Shown piece after piece: positions 36,393-49,295 of a DNA stretch of 64,000 nucleotides. Location: NCBI RefSeq assembly GCF_009914755.1, contig NC_060928.1; one strand, 5' to 3'. The DNA comes from the human T2T-CHM13v2.0 reference genome, Homo sapiens. The position numbers and the translations under genes were made by a program. Position 1 is the first letter of the stretch. The number at the start of each line of letters is the position of its first letter. The notes under the pieces were generated by a model. It searched no databases and was not told the DNA's origin. It saw nothing but the letters and a program-made list of their open reading frames with translations.

Positions 36393-37429
36393 CTTAGGAC
36401 TTCAAAGTATTTTATATAATTATCTAATTAGTTGGTACATTCATTTTTTAGAAACATTTTCTAGCTCGCAAGTTGATAAATTTGTTAAGAGTGTCAGGAA
36501 TTTTGTGATCATGCTTCTCCACTAATAGTGCTTTGAGGGACAATGCAAATGAAATATAAAACGTGACTCATATTGTTAAGTATTTCACTTATTTGCTGTT
36601 TTTAAGTCCACTAATTAGAGTGGATAAAGTCAATGTCATTGGGGAAGCAATAAAGAGCTTTGTGGGCTTGAATTCCTGTTCTGCCACTTATTAGCTGCAT
36701 TGGACTTGATAGCTTATGGCTTCAGTTTCCCTATCTGTAAAATGGGATAACATCTAATTCTAGGGATTATTGTAAGGAGACAGTACATAGAATGTACTTA
36801 TTATAGCTTAGTGTAAGCACTATGATTAGGCTTGCCTCTGATTAAGGCTTTTCAGCCTGTTGGAGTTTTAGCTGTAATAGTGCTATAATGAATACTAGCC
36901 TATACTAGGTGCTTTGTAAGTAATAGCTGTGTTCCCTGTCTCTCACAAACACTAATTTTGGTAAAACTGTTTTGAAGAATCTTCCATGATGCAGACAAGG
37001 TTGATTCATCCCTGAAAACTAAGATAATGAGTTGTGGCAGAGCTGGGATTCACACCGAAGACCTACTGCCTTCTAGTCCAGAGGTCCTTTCACTGCATCA
37101 TGACTACCTTTGTGCCTCAAAAGTGGCACTCCTTTTCTATTTTCAACTTTTTAGGTAACATCTTTGCCTTACCTAGACAATAGTAATATACATATAAGGG
37201 TTACTTTTACATACTCTTAGTAGCTATATTTCGATATAAAGGAATATGTCCACTGACCTTTGGGAATAGACAGGTTTGAAATGGCACTCTGGTAAATATT
37301 TTCTGTTTTTGTATGAGATTTAAATGTGTTGAATCATTGCAATTTCTTATGCTAGCGGAAGTTTTTCTACTGTAGCCTTCTATTTTTTCTTTAATTTACT
37401 ATTATTTTTTCCTTTTTGTGATCCATTAG

Positions 37430-37530
37430 ATGACAGTCACAAAGAACTACCCATTTTCTGGATTTTCCCCTATTTTTTTGAATCCCGAATTTGTCAGTTT
37501 TTTCCAAGCTTCCAGATGCTGGATTACCAG
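37430..37530 (+). CDS. ZCCHC4: ZCCHC4 exon 8 ([33 protein letters not shown])
   Basis: Polypyrimidine tract then cattag| acceptor, |gtagag donor; 101 nt, frame continuous. Confidence 0.95.
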
Positions 37531-38255
37531 GTAGAGTACATATTCTGTTTTCTGGCATGGTTGGGGAATGGAGATTCTACTTGAATAGATATAAGACTAT
37601 TCATTGATTTTAGTAAAATACAATGAGCTGTATTAAACACTAATATTATACCATATATAGCTCAGTCCAGTGTTTTCTAAATATCAGTAATCCCTAGAGT
37701 GCATGTTGAAAATACAGATTGAGTACCAAAATAAACCCACTAAATCAGAATTAGAGGACAAAGCCCCAAGAAAAAATATCTCACCAAGCTCCTTGGGTGA
37801 CTCCAAGTGTGCTAGGGTTTAGAGCGGCTGATTTAGTCTTTCATCATCACTAGGAGATTTTGCAGCCCCCCCACCCCTGGTTCATCATTATGAACGTTGG
37901 TTTCCTCTTTTCAGGGCATATAGAAAAGTAAATCACCTTTGTGGTTGGTGAAATGCCATGCACACTTTACTGCATCACTCTTGGGATGTCAGGAGTGTCA
38001 GAGAAGGCAGAGATGGCTCTGTGTGAATGTGTTGATTCCGGGAGGAAGTTACTGGAGTGAGTAACTTCACAGCAATGACTATGGAATTTTCCCCCTGCCT
38101 GAAATGAGAATGAGGCTGCTGTCCACAGCAGCTCCACCTGGTCTTTTAAGTTCATTCTGCTTTAAACTCCACTTTCCTGTATTTTCTTCCCTTGTGTTTG
38201 AAGTTAACCCTGTTGTCGCCATCACTGTTTATGGTCTTCAGGCAGGTACTGCTTC

Positions 38256-38555
38256 TTTTTTTTTTTTGAGACAGAGTCTCACTCTGTCACCCAGTCTGGA
38301 GTGCAGTGGTACAATCTCGGCTCACTGCAACCTCTGCTTCCCAGGTTCAAGCGATTCTTCTGCCTTAGCCTCCTGAGTAGCTGGGACTACAAACATGTGC
38401 CACCATGGCCACCTAATTTTTTTCCCCTGTATTTTTAGTAGAGACAGGGTTTTGCCATGTTGGCCAGGCTGGTCTTGAACTCATGGCCTCAAGTGATCTG
38501 CCTGCCTCAGCCTCTCAAAGTGCTGGATTACAGGCGTGAGCCATTGCACCCAGCC
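38256..38555 (-). mobile_element. Alu (S-like), complete; source of the 36065 copy
   Basis: Complete Alu 5' end (gagccattgcacccagcc) and tgcttc on both sides. Confidence 0.9.
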
Positions 38556-39809
38556 TGCTTCCTCTTTTTGTAAGAGTTTTCTATTTGAGTTTTCTGAATA
38601 ATCGACTAGCCCCTGATTAAGGCAGAGTTTTAGCTGTAAATGTCTTCACTAGCTGTTGCAAGCTAGCACTTGGTTCTAATCTTTCTAATCCTGAAGGCAT
38701 ATACCATTATGAAAATTATTTTAAAATTCTGAAAGAAACAGTGTTACCAAAAATGAGAGTAAAAGACTCTACTTGTGATTCCACCCAAACAGCAGACACT
38801 GTACTTTCAAAGTGTTCACTTTTAATCTTTTTTTAAGAGTACTTTTTACAGGTTTGTAATCGTAGAAGACAATTTTGAATTCTGCTTTCTTCATTATGTC
38901 TTATAAGTATACATTTTTAAACATAGCTACACAATCTTTATGCTTTAATAAATAAATTATTTCATTTACAGGCTATTCCCTTCTTTTTGGACTACAGGTT
39001 GTTTTTACCTTTTAAGGTAATATAAATAACACTGCTGTAAACACCTTTTATGCATATAATTTTTTCATGTTTTATATAACTTGCTTAAAATAGATTTCCA
39101 AAACTGAGATTACTTTATCAAATATAATGGACTTTTTTATGGCTATTAAGTAGCATTAACAGGTTTTGTTCTAAAAGTGTGTAGCACAAGCCATTTTATA
39201 CTTGACTTCTTGAGCTCTGCTTTGAGCAAAATTTATATCATAAGTCTTCTCAAAGCTCATTTAACTCGTTTTTGGGGCATCAAGTTTTCTGTTTCTTGTC
39301 TGAGGGATGCTTCTAGTATTGACATTTGCAATACGGAGATAGCTGACATATTCTAAAGAAGTTAACTACGTAAACGGGTTCTAGTTTTCAGCAGCATCTT
39401 CCGCCTTTGGCAATGGATGGTCATCTAGTGCAATGTTTGGCACACAGTAGGTGCCATGTATATGTCAAATGGATAACTGAGTGAAATAGCATGAACCCTG
39501 GAGTCAAAAAGGATCTGAGTTTTAATCCTGGTGCTGGCACTTACTTAACCCCTCTGAAGCTTATCTTACCTGTTAAATGAATGTGGCAATATATCTGTCT
39601 TTTAAGGTTTTAAGGATTTTATGAAATAATACCTGGAAAGGCTTAGCCCTGTCCTTAACACACAGCAAGTATTAAGTTTAGGTTCTTGCTGTCGGCATTG
39701 TCATCACCATCACTGTCATTGTCATCATTCAGATAGTCCCAAGGTAGGGGTAAAACTCTCCCTCAGGTCCTTTTTTGATAAATCTGAGAGATTAAAATTG
39801 CATAATTGT

Positions 39810-39907
39810 ATAAATTGGGGCAAAAGTAATTACAGTTTTTGCCATTCATTTTAATTCATTCATTCCTTTTAATGGCAAAAACCGCAATTACTTTTGCACC
39901 AACCTAA
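39810..39907. mobile_element. MADE1 (Hsmar1 MITE) palindrome
   Basis: Inverted arms gcaaaagtaattacagtttttgccatt / aatggcaaaaaccgcaattacttttgc. Confidence 0.9.
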
Positions 39908-42739
39908 TAATTCGTGCCCTTAGAAAACTGTTACATCCATATTTAGAGAGGAGTTTTTCTTTTTTCACTATGGGCAAGAGTTTGAAATGGTGAGAGGACA
40001 AAAGACAGATCCAGAATACAGCAGATGAGAGAGGCAATTTTGGAGTAACCAGCTGTCACTTGTTAGGCAGTCTGTGTTACTAGGAAAGAACTTTTGGAAA
40101 TATTAGGGTTACAGTTTTGAGAAATAGTTGCAAGGTCCAAGTGTGGACAATAATTATGCACTTCAGTGTATTGATGAAGAAAGGTTCTGATTAGGTCATA
40201 TGTGTCTGACAGGCTAAAAAGCAGTCTTCTCAATAAAGAGAAAGCCAACCTTTGGGAAAAAAAATGAGAACAAAGTCTAAAAGCAAATTTGTTTTTCCTA
40301 ATTCCTGCTAAAGGGAAGAACAGTACTGTCCATTACATGCTCATGTTGGAGAAACTGTGCCGTATCTCCTCATGTATTTATAAACATTATTTGATTACGT
40401 TCTTGGACAATTTTTCTATTTTTTGAAAATTTCTCTGGACCTATTATTCCTTTCTGAGCATTTTGCTTTCCTCTTTTTCTTTTGTTACTTTAACTTCATT
40501 AAAATTTTTTTTTTAAATAGTGATGGGATCTCTCTGTGTTGCCCAGGCTGGTCTCGAACTCCTGGGCTGAAGCGAGCCTCTCACCTCAGCCTCCCAAAGT
40601 GCTGAGATTACAGGTGTGAGCCACCATGCCTGGCCTAACTTCATTTTGTGGTACTTTTTTTTCTTGTATATTAGCCTTCATTGAATGAAAACTTTGAGTC
40701 CCCTCTCCTTCACAGATCTTTTCCCATAGACCTTGATTAGGCCTTTTTTTTTTTTTTTTTTTTTGGACATCACCTGAGATGATTATAAGCCCCCAAACCA
40801 CAATGCAGTAAAAAACCCCAAATCACTAAATCCCTTCTTTGGAAATACTTCCCAGGTAAGAGGAAGGCAGAAATGCTGCAAATCTTCATAAAACATAAAT
40901 TATGTAGACTCTTCAGTGATCAAGCACTTGATGAATACAGAATAAAACAGTCATCAAAGACCTAGAAAACCAAGAGTTTTATTAACAACAGATTAGAAAG
41001 GAAGGATGTGATGATGAAAAGAAACTCTGATTTCAAGTCAGAAGTCTGAGTCCTGGCACTGCCTTTTAGAGACCACTTAATCTTGGGAGAAGTCACTTTA
41101 TCTCTCCAGGTTCTGTTTCCTTACCTATAAAATAAAATGATTGAATCAGAAAAGAGATGGTAGATAAGTTTCTCTTTTGGTACTAAGCCTGATAAATTGC
41201 TAGTGATTTTCTGGAGAATTTGTTGAGAATACCAGGCTTGGTAGCAAAGAGTAATGTGATTAGTGGTGTCCACCATGGGGATGGGGTCAGGGAGTGGTGG
41301 TGTTCATGTCCTGAATTTTCTGTGTCTGAATTAGATGATCTCACCTCCTTTCCACCTGAGATGTTCTGCTCTCTCTTGTACGTACTTAATATGGGACACT
41401 TGTTTGGGGTGTTAAAAATATAGCTCTTTGCTTTTGTCAAAGCTATCCTTTTTAAACATCAGCCTGTTAGGACACTATGTTTTTCAAGATTAGTTTCACA
41501 GTCAGAAATGAAGATATTTTGGCAGCAATTTCTGGAAAATTATTGCAAATTAAAAGATGGCTACCAAAATTCTTAAAATTTAATCTGTAATAAACATAAA
41601 ACATGTAGTGGGTTTGAAGTAAAAAGGGGTATAAGATGTCCGCATGTCAATTTCAAATGAGAGCTTATGGGATATGGGTATTATGATAGACTTTGCTGCT
41701 GTGGTAGAAGCTGGTTGCTGGAGCAGAAGAAGGTACTGGGGACTTTGTGTGTGTGCTGAAATCCAATAGAACACAATCCTTAGGGAGTTACAGAAATGCA
41801 AGTACTCTGTCTTATTTAATCTTTCTTTCCTGGCCTGATACCTGGAACATAGTAGGCACAAAATAAATGTTGACATGGACGTCTCGGTCTCCATTTAACT
41901 AGTTTCAGTCTCATGTTACAGAAGACATTTGCGTATAGATAAAATTAAAAATTGGAAATTGCAGAGATTTTGTGCTTTCCCTCATTTCTATACAGTACTT
42001 CATCACATTAAATCAGTTCCATGGGAGAAATTTTCTATTTGAAAATGCCTCTCATCATCATTGTGAGTGAAATGTCAGGGATAATGATGGGAAAATGGTG
42101 TATCAGCTCTACTACTAGTGATAGGCAATTTGCAAAATTGTGTTTGCTTTACAGCACTTCCATAGGAGGTTTATTTGTGTGGCTGAAGCTATGAAATATG
42201 GATATATGTTAGAGGTACATTAATTTACTCTAGCAGCATGCATTTTACATACCATATGTTTATAGTTAATTAGCACAACAAACCCGCATTTAAAAATAAT
42301 AATAATCTCAATTAGGTTATGCAAAATCAAGCAATCAACCACCTTCCTGACACATACATTCGCTGACTCCTTGGGTAACCATAAAGAAATTGTTCTTTTT
42401 TTTTCCCTCTCTTCCATCTGCTATCTAGTATATTGCATAGAATATTCCATGTACTAGAAACCTTTCTAAAATATTATTCTCCAACATTTGAAAAGCTTCA
42501 TATGAATCTCTTGGGAAGAATTTTTTTATTATGACACTCATAAATGCTCAAAATATCTTTGTTGAGTTTAATAAGGTACCGTATATTTATTGAGTACACA
42601 GAGGAGTGCATTAGGGGAAACATTATGAATTTAAATGATTTTAAAAGAAAATGACTTATGGTACTATTTTCAGGTGATTTTGTAGTAAAATCTATTTTTG
42701 TATGCTAGCCTCTAATAGATAACATATTCATAGAATTTT

Positions 42740-43400
42740 CAAAGTTAGAAAGAAACAGGTAACGTAGGCTGACTTCCCAACATAATAATCCTCTCCACTA
42801 AATTCATGACCAGCCGTCATCCAGCTTCACTTGAATGCTTCCAGTGAGCAGAGGACTACAGCCTTAGAAAGCAATGCAATTTATTTAATAGCTCTAATCG
42901 TTAGAAAATTTTCTCATATGGAGATAAAATATGCTCCCCATTAACTTCCAACCATTGGTCCTAGTTCTATTCTCTGAAGCAATAAAGGATAAGTCCAATT
43001 GCTATTCCATATGACACACCTTCAGTTATAGAATAGCTATCAGATCCTCCCAGTCATCTCTTTTCTGGATAAACATCCCCAATTTGTTAAGCTATAAATT
43101 CTGTTCATTCCCATTATTTTTCAAAGAAATGAACTAGTTTTATCAACGTCTCTCCTGAAATGTAGTGACTGAACACAGGGCTTCAAATGTGATCTAACCT
43201 GAAAGTTTCCTTGTTGTGATACTGTACTTCCAAATAGGCCAACTGTGAGTCCGTGCCAGCTTTTACACAGTTATGCTGGACTGCAAACTCACCATACTGA
43301 CAGCCAGAAACCCTTAGGGGCTTTTCCACAGTGTCCCTTGGGTCTCCTCATCCTGTGCTACAGTGTACTTAGTTTTTCCCACTGCTGAAGCTTACCCTTA
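42740..43400. mobile_element. Ancient L3/CR1-like fragment
   Basis: catccagcttcacttgaatgcttccagtga and ccattggtcctagttct resemble L3; strongly decayed. Confidence 0.45.
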
Positions 43401-43647
43401 AACTAGACAGGGCTGGAGAACGAGCCTAGGAATCTCCCCTTAAAGGCCTCTCTTTCCCTTGTCCTCAATTTCTTACATTTTTGTGATTCACTTATTAAAT
43501 AGCTAGCTTACAAGCCAGTTTTGTTGTAAGTTCTTTTGTATTCTTGTTTATTATAGAAACAATTCAGTACATAACTTATTTGAATGTCAGGCTTACCTGT
43601 ACTGACCTCATAAAAAACCTCATGGTATTCTTGTGGATAATCTAAAG

Positions 43648-43823
43648 CAGTGGTTCTCAAACTTTAGTGTGCCAGGAGGGCTTGTTAAAACACAGATTGC
43701 TGGGCCCTACTCCCAGAGTTTCTGTTTTATTAGGCCCTAGGTGAGGTGAGAATTTGCATTCCTAATGAGATCCCAGGTGACACTGATATTGCTGATCCAG
43801 ACACCACACTTTGAGAGCTACTG
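43648..43823. mobile_element. MER5A-like hAT element
   Basis: cagtggttctcaaactt...accacactttgagagctactg termini. Confidence 0.75.
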
Positions 43824-44464
43824 ATGTAAAGAAAGGTGGATTTAGTGACCAGGTGGATTCATAGCAGTCTTAAAACCAAATTGAGAATGCTTGTGGATAA
43901 TAGGTTGGAGGAGGAGACTGAAGTAAGAAGCTAATAGAAGTCATGCTTGTTCACTTCGGTTTGCTTTCAAGATAATCTGCTGAAACTAAAAGTTGAGTTA
44001 AGGACCTTGAGGAGAGAGGTACATGTTTGAAATAGTCACTGTGGGGAGAACAACAATAATTGTGAACCTGTGTCTTCATCTCCATTTTTTACCTTATGCC
44101 AGGCCTTGAATAGTGTTTTACAAACATTATCTCATTTAACCTTCACAGCAACTTTAAGTACCGGTACCCTGTTCTTAAACATAAGATGACACAGAGCAAA
44201 TTTCACACACAGAATGGGAAACCCTGACCAAATGAGCACACATCTTCAAAGACTGAATTTTTTAATGCCAAAAGCTAAGTTCTTGAATACACAATAGACT
44301 TTCTTGTAAAGTCTGTTGTATTAGATAAAAGATTAGAGTTGTTCCCTTAATACTAGACAATGTGAATTTGTCATAACAAATCTCTTTAATAATGAAATTT
44401 TACTGCTACAGAAGCTGTTGGTTAATAAGTAAACTCTTGCTCTTAAGAATTTCTTGTTAAATAC

Positions 44465-47400
44465 TATCTAAGAGAGATGGCTGTGCTTTAGTCAGGAGTA
44501 GGCCAAGGCAGCTTTCCAGCCGCAGCATGACTCAGCGGGTTTGGAGCACAGGTGCACAACTCTGCACGTTATGTAACCACACCGCAGGTGCATTAGGTGA
44601 TCACTCGTGAGCTCGTGCTTGGCTTGGAGCCACTATTGTCTGTAAAAGGTATAATTACCCTGCTAACGCTGTACATATGGCCTGTGCCTAGGTTGGCTCA
44701 TGCCCGGGCTCACTTGCACCCAGAGAGAGAGTAAAGCCATGTTGAAACTGTCTACAATTCCTCGAGTCTTTTTCCAGTTACCCGCCACTGGTCTACCCAC
44801 TCCCCTTGGTCCTCTGTTTGGGCTGAAACCTGACACTTGGCGTGACAATTGACATCACGAACAGGATACTGAGGAGAGTGAGCCTTCATTCCCTGGTGAT
44901 TCTGGGTCAGCCATGTGGCCACAGCATGGGTTGTGGTGCCCATTGTCAGCTGTGCTGCTTGGATGGGCTCCAATGGAAACCTGGGCAGCAGTAGATGGGT
45001 CCCCCGCAAGCATGGAGAAGGTACTGAAGCAGCTAGAAATGCAGAGCACTGAGAAGGAATGAGCTTTTGCCAGCAGAGTTGGATGGGCATTTTTGACTGT
45101 GCTACGAGAAGTACACACCCAGTCCCTGAGGGATGCAGTACAGATAAGGGCCCACCAGGTACAGATGGGGCACCTGGAGGCCTGGCTACACAGCTCAGAA
45201 AAAGAGTTAGAAGCTGCCATGAATGGGGACCTCCAGGCACAGGCGGGGCACCTGGAGGCTCGGCTACAGAGCTTGGAAAAGGAATTAGAGGCTGCTCTGG
45301 ATACAGGCCTGGGTCTGTTGTCTTGGCCAGAGACCGCCACCTGGTCTGATACCAAGGAGGCTGTTGGCGGGATCAAGGGGTCCGTGCCACAAAGAAGGGA
45401 AAGATGCCCCACCTGCAGGGGTGCCCCCAATGGGAGAAAAGGGGGTCCCAATGAGTGACATGCTCACAGATGTGGATAGATTTGATTTTGGCCAGGGTCG
45501 ACTAGGAGAGAATTGATAAGCAGCCCAGTGAACTTTGTGGAGACAGTTGTTTCCAGAGCAACAATTCCAGAAAATACCCAAGCAGGAGAAGAATGTTTCT
45601 GCGCGACCTGGTCCCACCCTGGCACTCCAGCCTAAAGACTATGTGCTGCAGCCAGGTGGGGTTATAAAGTCTTTTCTGTTTGATGAGGGAACTGGCCGAG
45701 GTTTCCCTCCCGAGGAGGCCACATGTGAAATTAGCAATCCACTGGTCTCCCACCAATGTACAGCAAGTGCTGGTGCTGGTAGACACCAGCGCAGATACAT
45801 TCTGGGGTTGGATATTTTACATGACTTGGCAGCTGTGCCGTCTATCACGGACTTGATGGACCACTTGATGGAACTAGGACAGTATCACTATATAGTGGAC
45901 TTGGCTAATGCATTCTTTTCCAGAGAGCCAGGAACAGTTTGCCTTCATGGGAGGATGACAGTGGACTTTCATAGTGTTGCCGCAGGGCTTTTTGCATAGC
46001 CCCACCATTAGCCATGGTCTTGTTAATGATATTATGCTAACCTCTGATTCTCTTGCAGATTTAGAAGCGGCAACACTCCCCTTGCCTAGAATTAAGATGG
46101 TGCGGCTGAGACCGCCTTCCTTGCAGCCAAGTGGGCCATTTAGCGGGCATATGCCCTATAGGTAGTTGACCGGGGCACCCATTTGAGCTGGATGTGCTTG
46201 TGACTACAGATAGTTTTGGCTGGGGCCAATAGCAGTGCATAGAGAACACCCTTGGGCTTTTGGTCCCAGCTGTGGAAGGGAGCTGAGCCCCGTTGTTCAT
46301 TGATAAAGAAGCAGTTCATAACTCATATGCTGCCGTTCAGATTCATGAGAGCATGGCAGGACAGGCTACAGACATTGTGCATACGACTTGCCTGATAGTG
46401 TGATGGATGTGTTCATGGATAACAATCCCCCAAACTGGGACAGTGCAGGCATCCACTTTGGCAAAGTGGGGCACCTACTTGGAGCAGCAGAGTATGCTGA
46501 GTACAAGTCCCTTAGCAGCAGAGTTGCAAGAGGTCTTGGGACCTGTAGTCCTAATGCAAGATAAGGCCATGGTGCCTGAAGCAACCCTACACCTTGAGCC
46601 ATTGCTGTTTAAGAAAGGGCATCCCCACATTCCTGATGGGGGGGCATGATACACAGATGGGTCTAGCCAAGGTGCTACTGCTGCCTAGACTGCTGTTGCA
46701 GTCCAACCTAGTACTGATACCATATGGTTTGAAACTGGGCATGGGCAAAGTAGCCAATGGGCTGAACTTAGAGCATTGTGGATGGTGATCACCAAGGAGG
46801 TGACCCCTATGGTAATCTGTACTGATACCTGGGTGGTCTATCAAGGGTTAACCTTGTGGTTAACTACCTAGAAGTTACCAAGGTGACTAGTTGGTCACCA
46901 GCCCCTGGGGGCCAGGCCATGTGGCAAGACCCTATAGGAGGAAGGATGACCTCCTCCAACCAAGTATGGGGACAAAAGGTAATCTGTTGTTGCCTGTCCT
47001 AATGCCTTTAAAGGTAGGGGAACAAAAACCTGGCTTAATGTATAAAGCAACATTGGGGTAACGTCACCATGAGGTGGTTGCCTGCCATAACCTGGAGCTG
47101 TTGCTTTCTGTGTTGTTGTGTGTTATGAATTCAGGGCTCCACCCTATGGGCATGTGTCCCTGCCCAGAGGACACCCTTGTCCAAGGAGGTGGAGTGTAAG
47201 AGAGATGGCTGCGCTTTAGTCAGGAGTAGGCCGAGGTGGCTTTCTGGCACAGCATGACTTAGCAGGTTTGGAGCGCAGTCGTACAACTCCACATGTTATA
47301 TAACCACGCCATGTGAGGCTCATTAGGTGATCACCCACATGAGCCCGTGCTTGGCCTGGAGCCATTGTTGTCTGTAAAAGGTATAATTACCTGCTAATGC

Positions 47401-47587
47401 TGTACATATGGCCTGCACCCATGTGGGCTTGCACCCACAGCTTGCGCCCAGTCTCGCTCATGCCCAGAGAGAAAAAGCCATGTCGAAACTGTCTATGATC
47501 CTTGAGTGTTATTCCAGCTACCCACCACTGGTCCACCCACTCCCCTCAGTCCTCAGCTTGGACTGGAACCTGACACTTGGCATGACA
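44465..47587 (+). mobile_element. Internally deleted class III provirus, HERV-S/HERVL18-like, with two LTR18-like LTRs (~44465..44847 and 47195..47587)
   Basis: Direct LTR repeats; AATAC flanking both ends (44460..44464, 47588..47592); PBS tgacatcacgaacaggat resembling the tRNA-Ser complement TGGCGTCACGAACAGGAT; polypurine tract aaggaggtggag; decayed protease LVDTSA (45776), [15 protein letters not shown] (45895-45990) and RNase H YTDGSS/WAELRA (46650-46775). Confidence 0.88.
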
Positions 47588-47697
47588 AATACTTTAACTC
47601 ATATATTGGCATCAGTTTGTTCGTTTATTGGTTAAAGAATCTTAATGTTGACTAATTTGAGTAAATTTTCTTTCTGCTCTAATTTTTAACTTTCTAG

Positions 47698-47819
47698 GTA
47701 GATTATGATAATCATGCACTTTATAAACACGGAAAGACAGGTCGAAAACAGTCTCCCGTGCGTATTTTCACCAACATTCCGCCCAACAAAATAATCCTTC
47801 CTACTGAAGAAGGGTACAG
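47698..47819 (+). CDS. ZCCHC4: ZCCHC4 exon 9 ([40 protein letters not shown])
   Basis: tttctag| acceptor, |gtaaga donor; 122 nt. Confidence 0.95.
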
Positions 47820-48064
47820 GTAAGATCACAGTGGAACTTTGAAGTACACAAGTCACTGAAAATAAAGTTACATATATCCATCAGTCAAATGCTTTCAGTA
47901 TTGAATCATGTTATTCTTCTGTTACTTTTAAATTAGGTCCATAATTTCATACTTAATTGAATTCAGATTGCACCCAGTTTTTGTAATGAGTGCTTTGTAA
48001 AGTTTTATCTACTCTGTAAATCTCAATAAATGTATGCAGCTGATTTCTCTGTCCTTTACTCTAG

Positions 48065-48140
48065 ATTTTGCTCTCCGTGTCAACGGTATGTTTCTCTAGA
48101 GAATCAACACTGTGAGCACTGTAATTCTTGCACATCCAAG
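48065..48140 (+). CDS. ZCCHC4: ZCCHC4 exon 10 ([25 protein letters not shown])
   Basis: ctctag| acceptor, |gtatgg donor; 76 nt; Cys/His-rich. Confidence 0.95.
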
Positions 48141-48669
48141 GTATGGTGTTCTTATAGAATGTATTTTTATTTAGATATATTCATTTTATTTTAGTTTACT
48201 AGTTTTATTACTTTTTCAATGTTATTTTGTTAATAGGATTTGTATTAATATGTATTATCATTTATTAATTATGCTATAATACAATATTTTAAATTATAGA
48301 GTACAACAGGCTTTTAAAAATACTTAACTGCCTTCATTATCACGAACTCATTTTCAAATGGTACTGTGTGACTGCTAAAATTATCAGCGTCTCAAATAAG
48401 GCATTAAATGAATGCTCAATTATGTGTATGTTGAGGACAAAATTATGGTGTTTCAAATAAGGCATTGACGTATTGGGTACCATCATCATTCTGATGAAAT
48501 AATTAATAACATGTACTGTGCACTTTTAATATGCCAGACACTTTCCTAAGAGCTTTACATGGATTAACTCATTTAATCCTCACAACAGCCTTATTAGGTG
48601 CAGTTACTCATTGATTTTTTACAGATGAAGGACTGCAAAGGGACATCCTCCTATTTATTTATTTATTTA

Positions 48670-49295
48670 GGTATTATTTTTTCTTAATAGACTTGGTTCT
48701 TTAAAGCAGTTTTAGGTTCACAGCAAAATTGAGCAGAAGGTACAGAGATTCCCCCTATGTCCCCTGCCCCGACACATGCACATTCTCCCCAACTAGCAGC
48801 ATCTTCCACCAGAGGGGTGCATTTGTTACAACTGATGGGCCTGCGTTGACACATCATTAACACCCTGAGCCCATAGTTGACATTAGGTTCACTCTTGGTG
48901 TTTTACATTCTATGGGTTTGAAAAATGTATAATGACATGTTTTCACCATTACAGTGTCATACAGAGTGGTTTCACTGTTTTCACTAAAAATCTTTTGTGT
49001 TCCACCTATTCATCCTTCTTCCTGAAGGGTGTCTCTGGCTACTACTATCTTTTTACTGTCTCTATAGTTTTTCCTTTTCCAGAATATCACACAGTTGGAA
49101 TCATATAGTATATAGCCTTTCAGATTGGCTTCTTTCACTTAGTAATAGGCATTAAAGGTTCCTTCATGTCTTTTCATGGTTTGATAGCTCATTTTATGTT
49201 AGCTCTGAATGATATTCCTTTGATGTACCACAACTTGTTTACTCATTCACCTACTGAAGGACATCTTGGTTGTTTCCAAGTTTTGGCAATTATAA
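48670..49295 (-). mobile_element. Old L1M 3' fragment
   Basis: gcagttttaggttcacagcaaaattgagcagaaggtacagagatt signature. Confidence 0.7.

Noticed and set aside
44752-45617. Minus-strand ORFs (162, 198, 110 aa) over the ERV
   Set aside because: Antisense shadows of the gag region, with no domain signal.
46640-46890. Several apparent Trp-to-stop changes suggesting APOBEC3 hypermutation
   Set aside because: The contexts are mixed (TGA before T or C as well as TAG), and age-related decay explains them; a consensus alignment would be needed.
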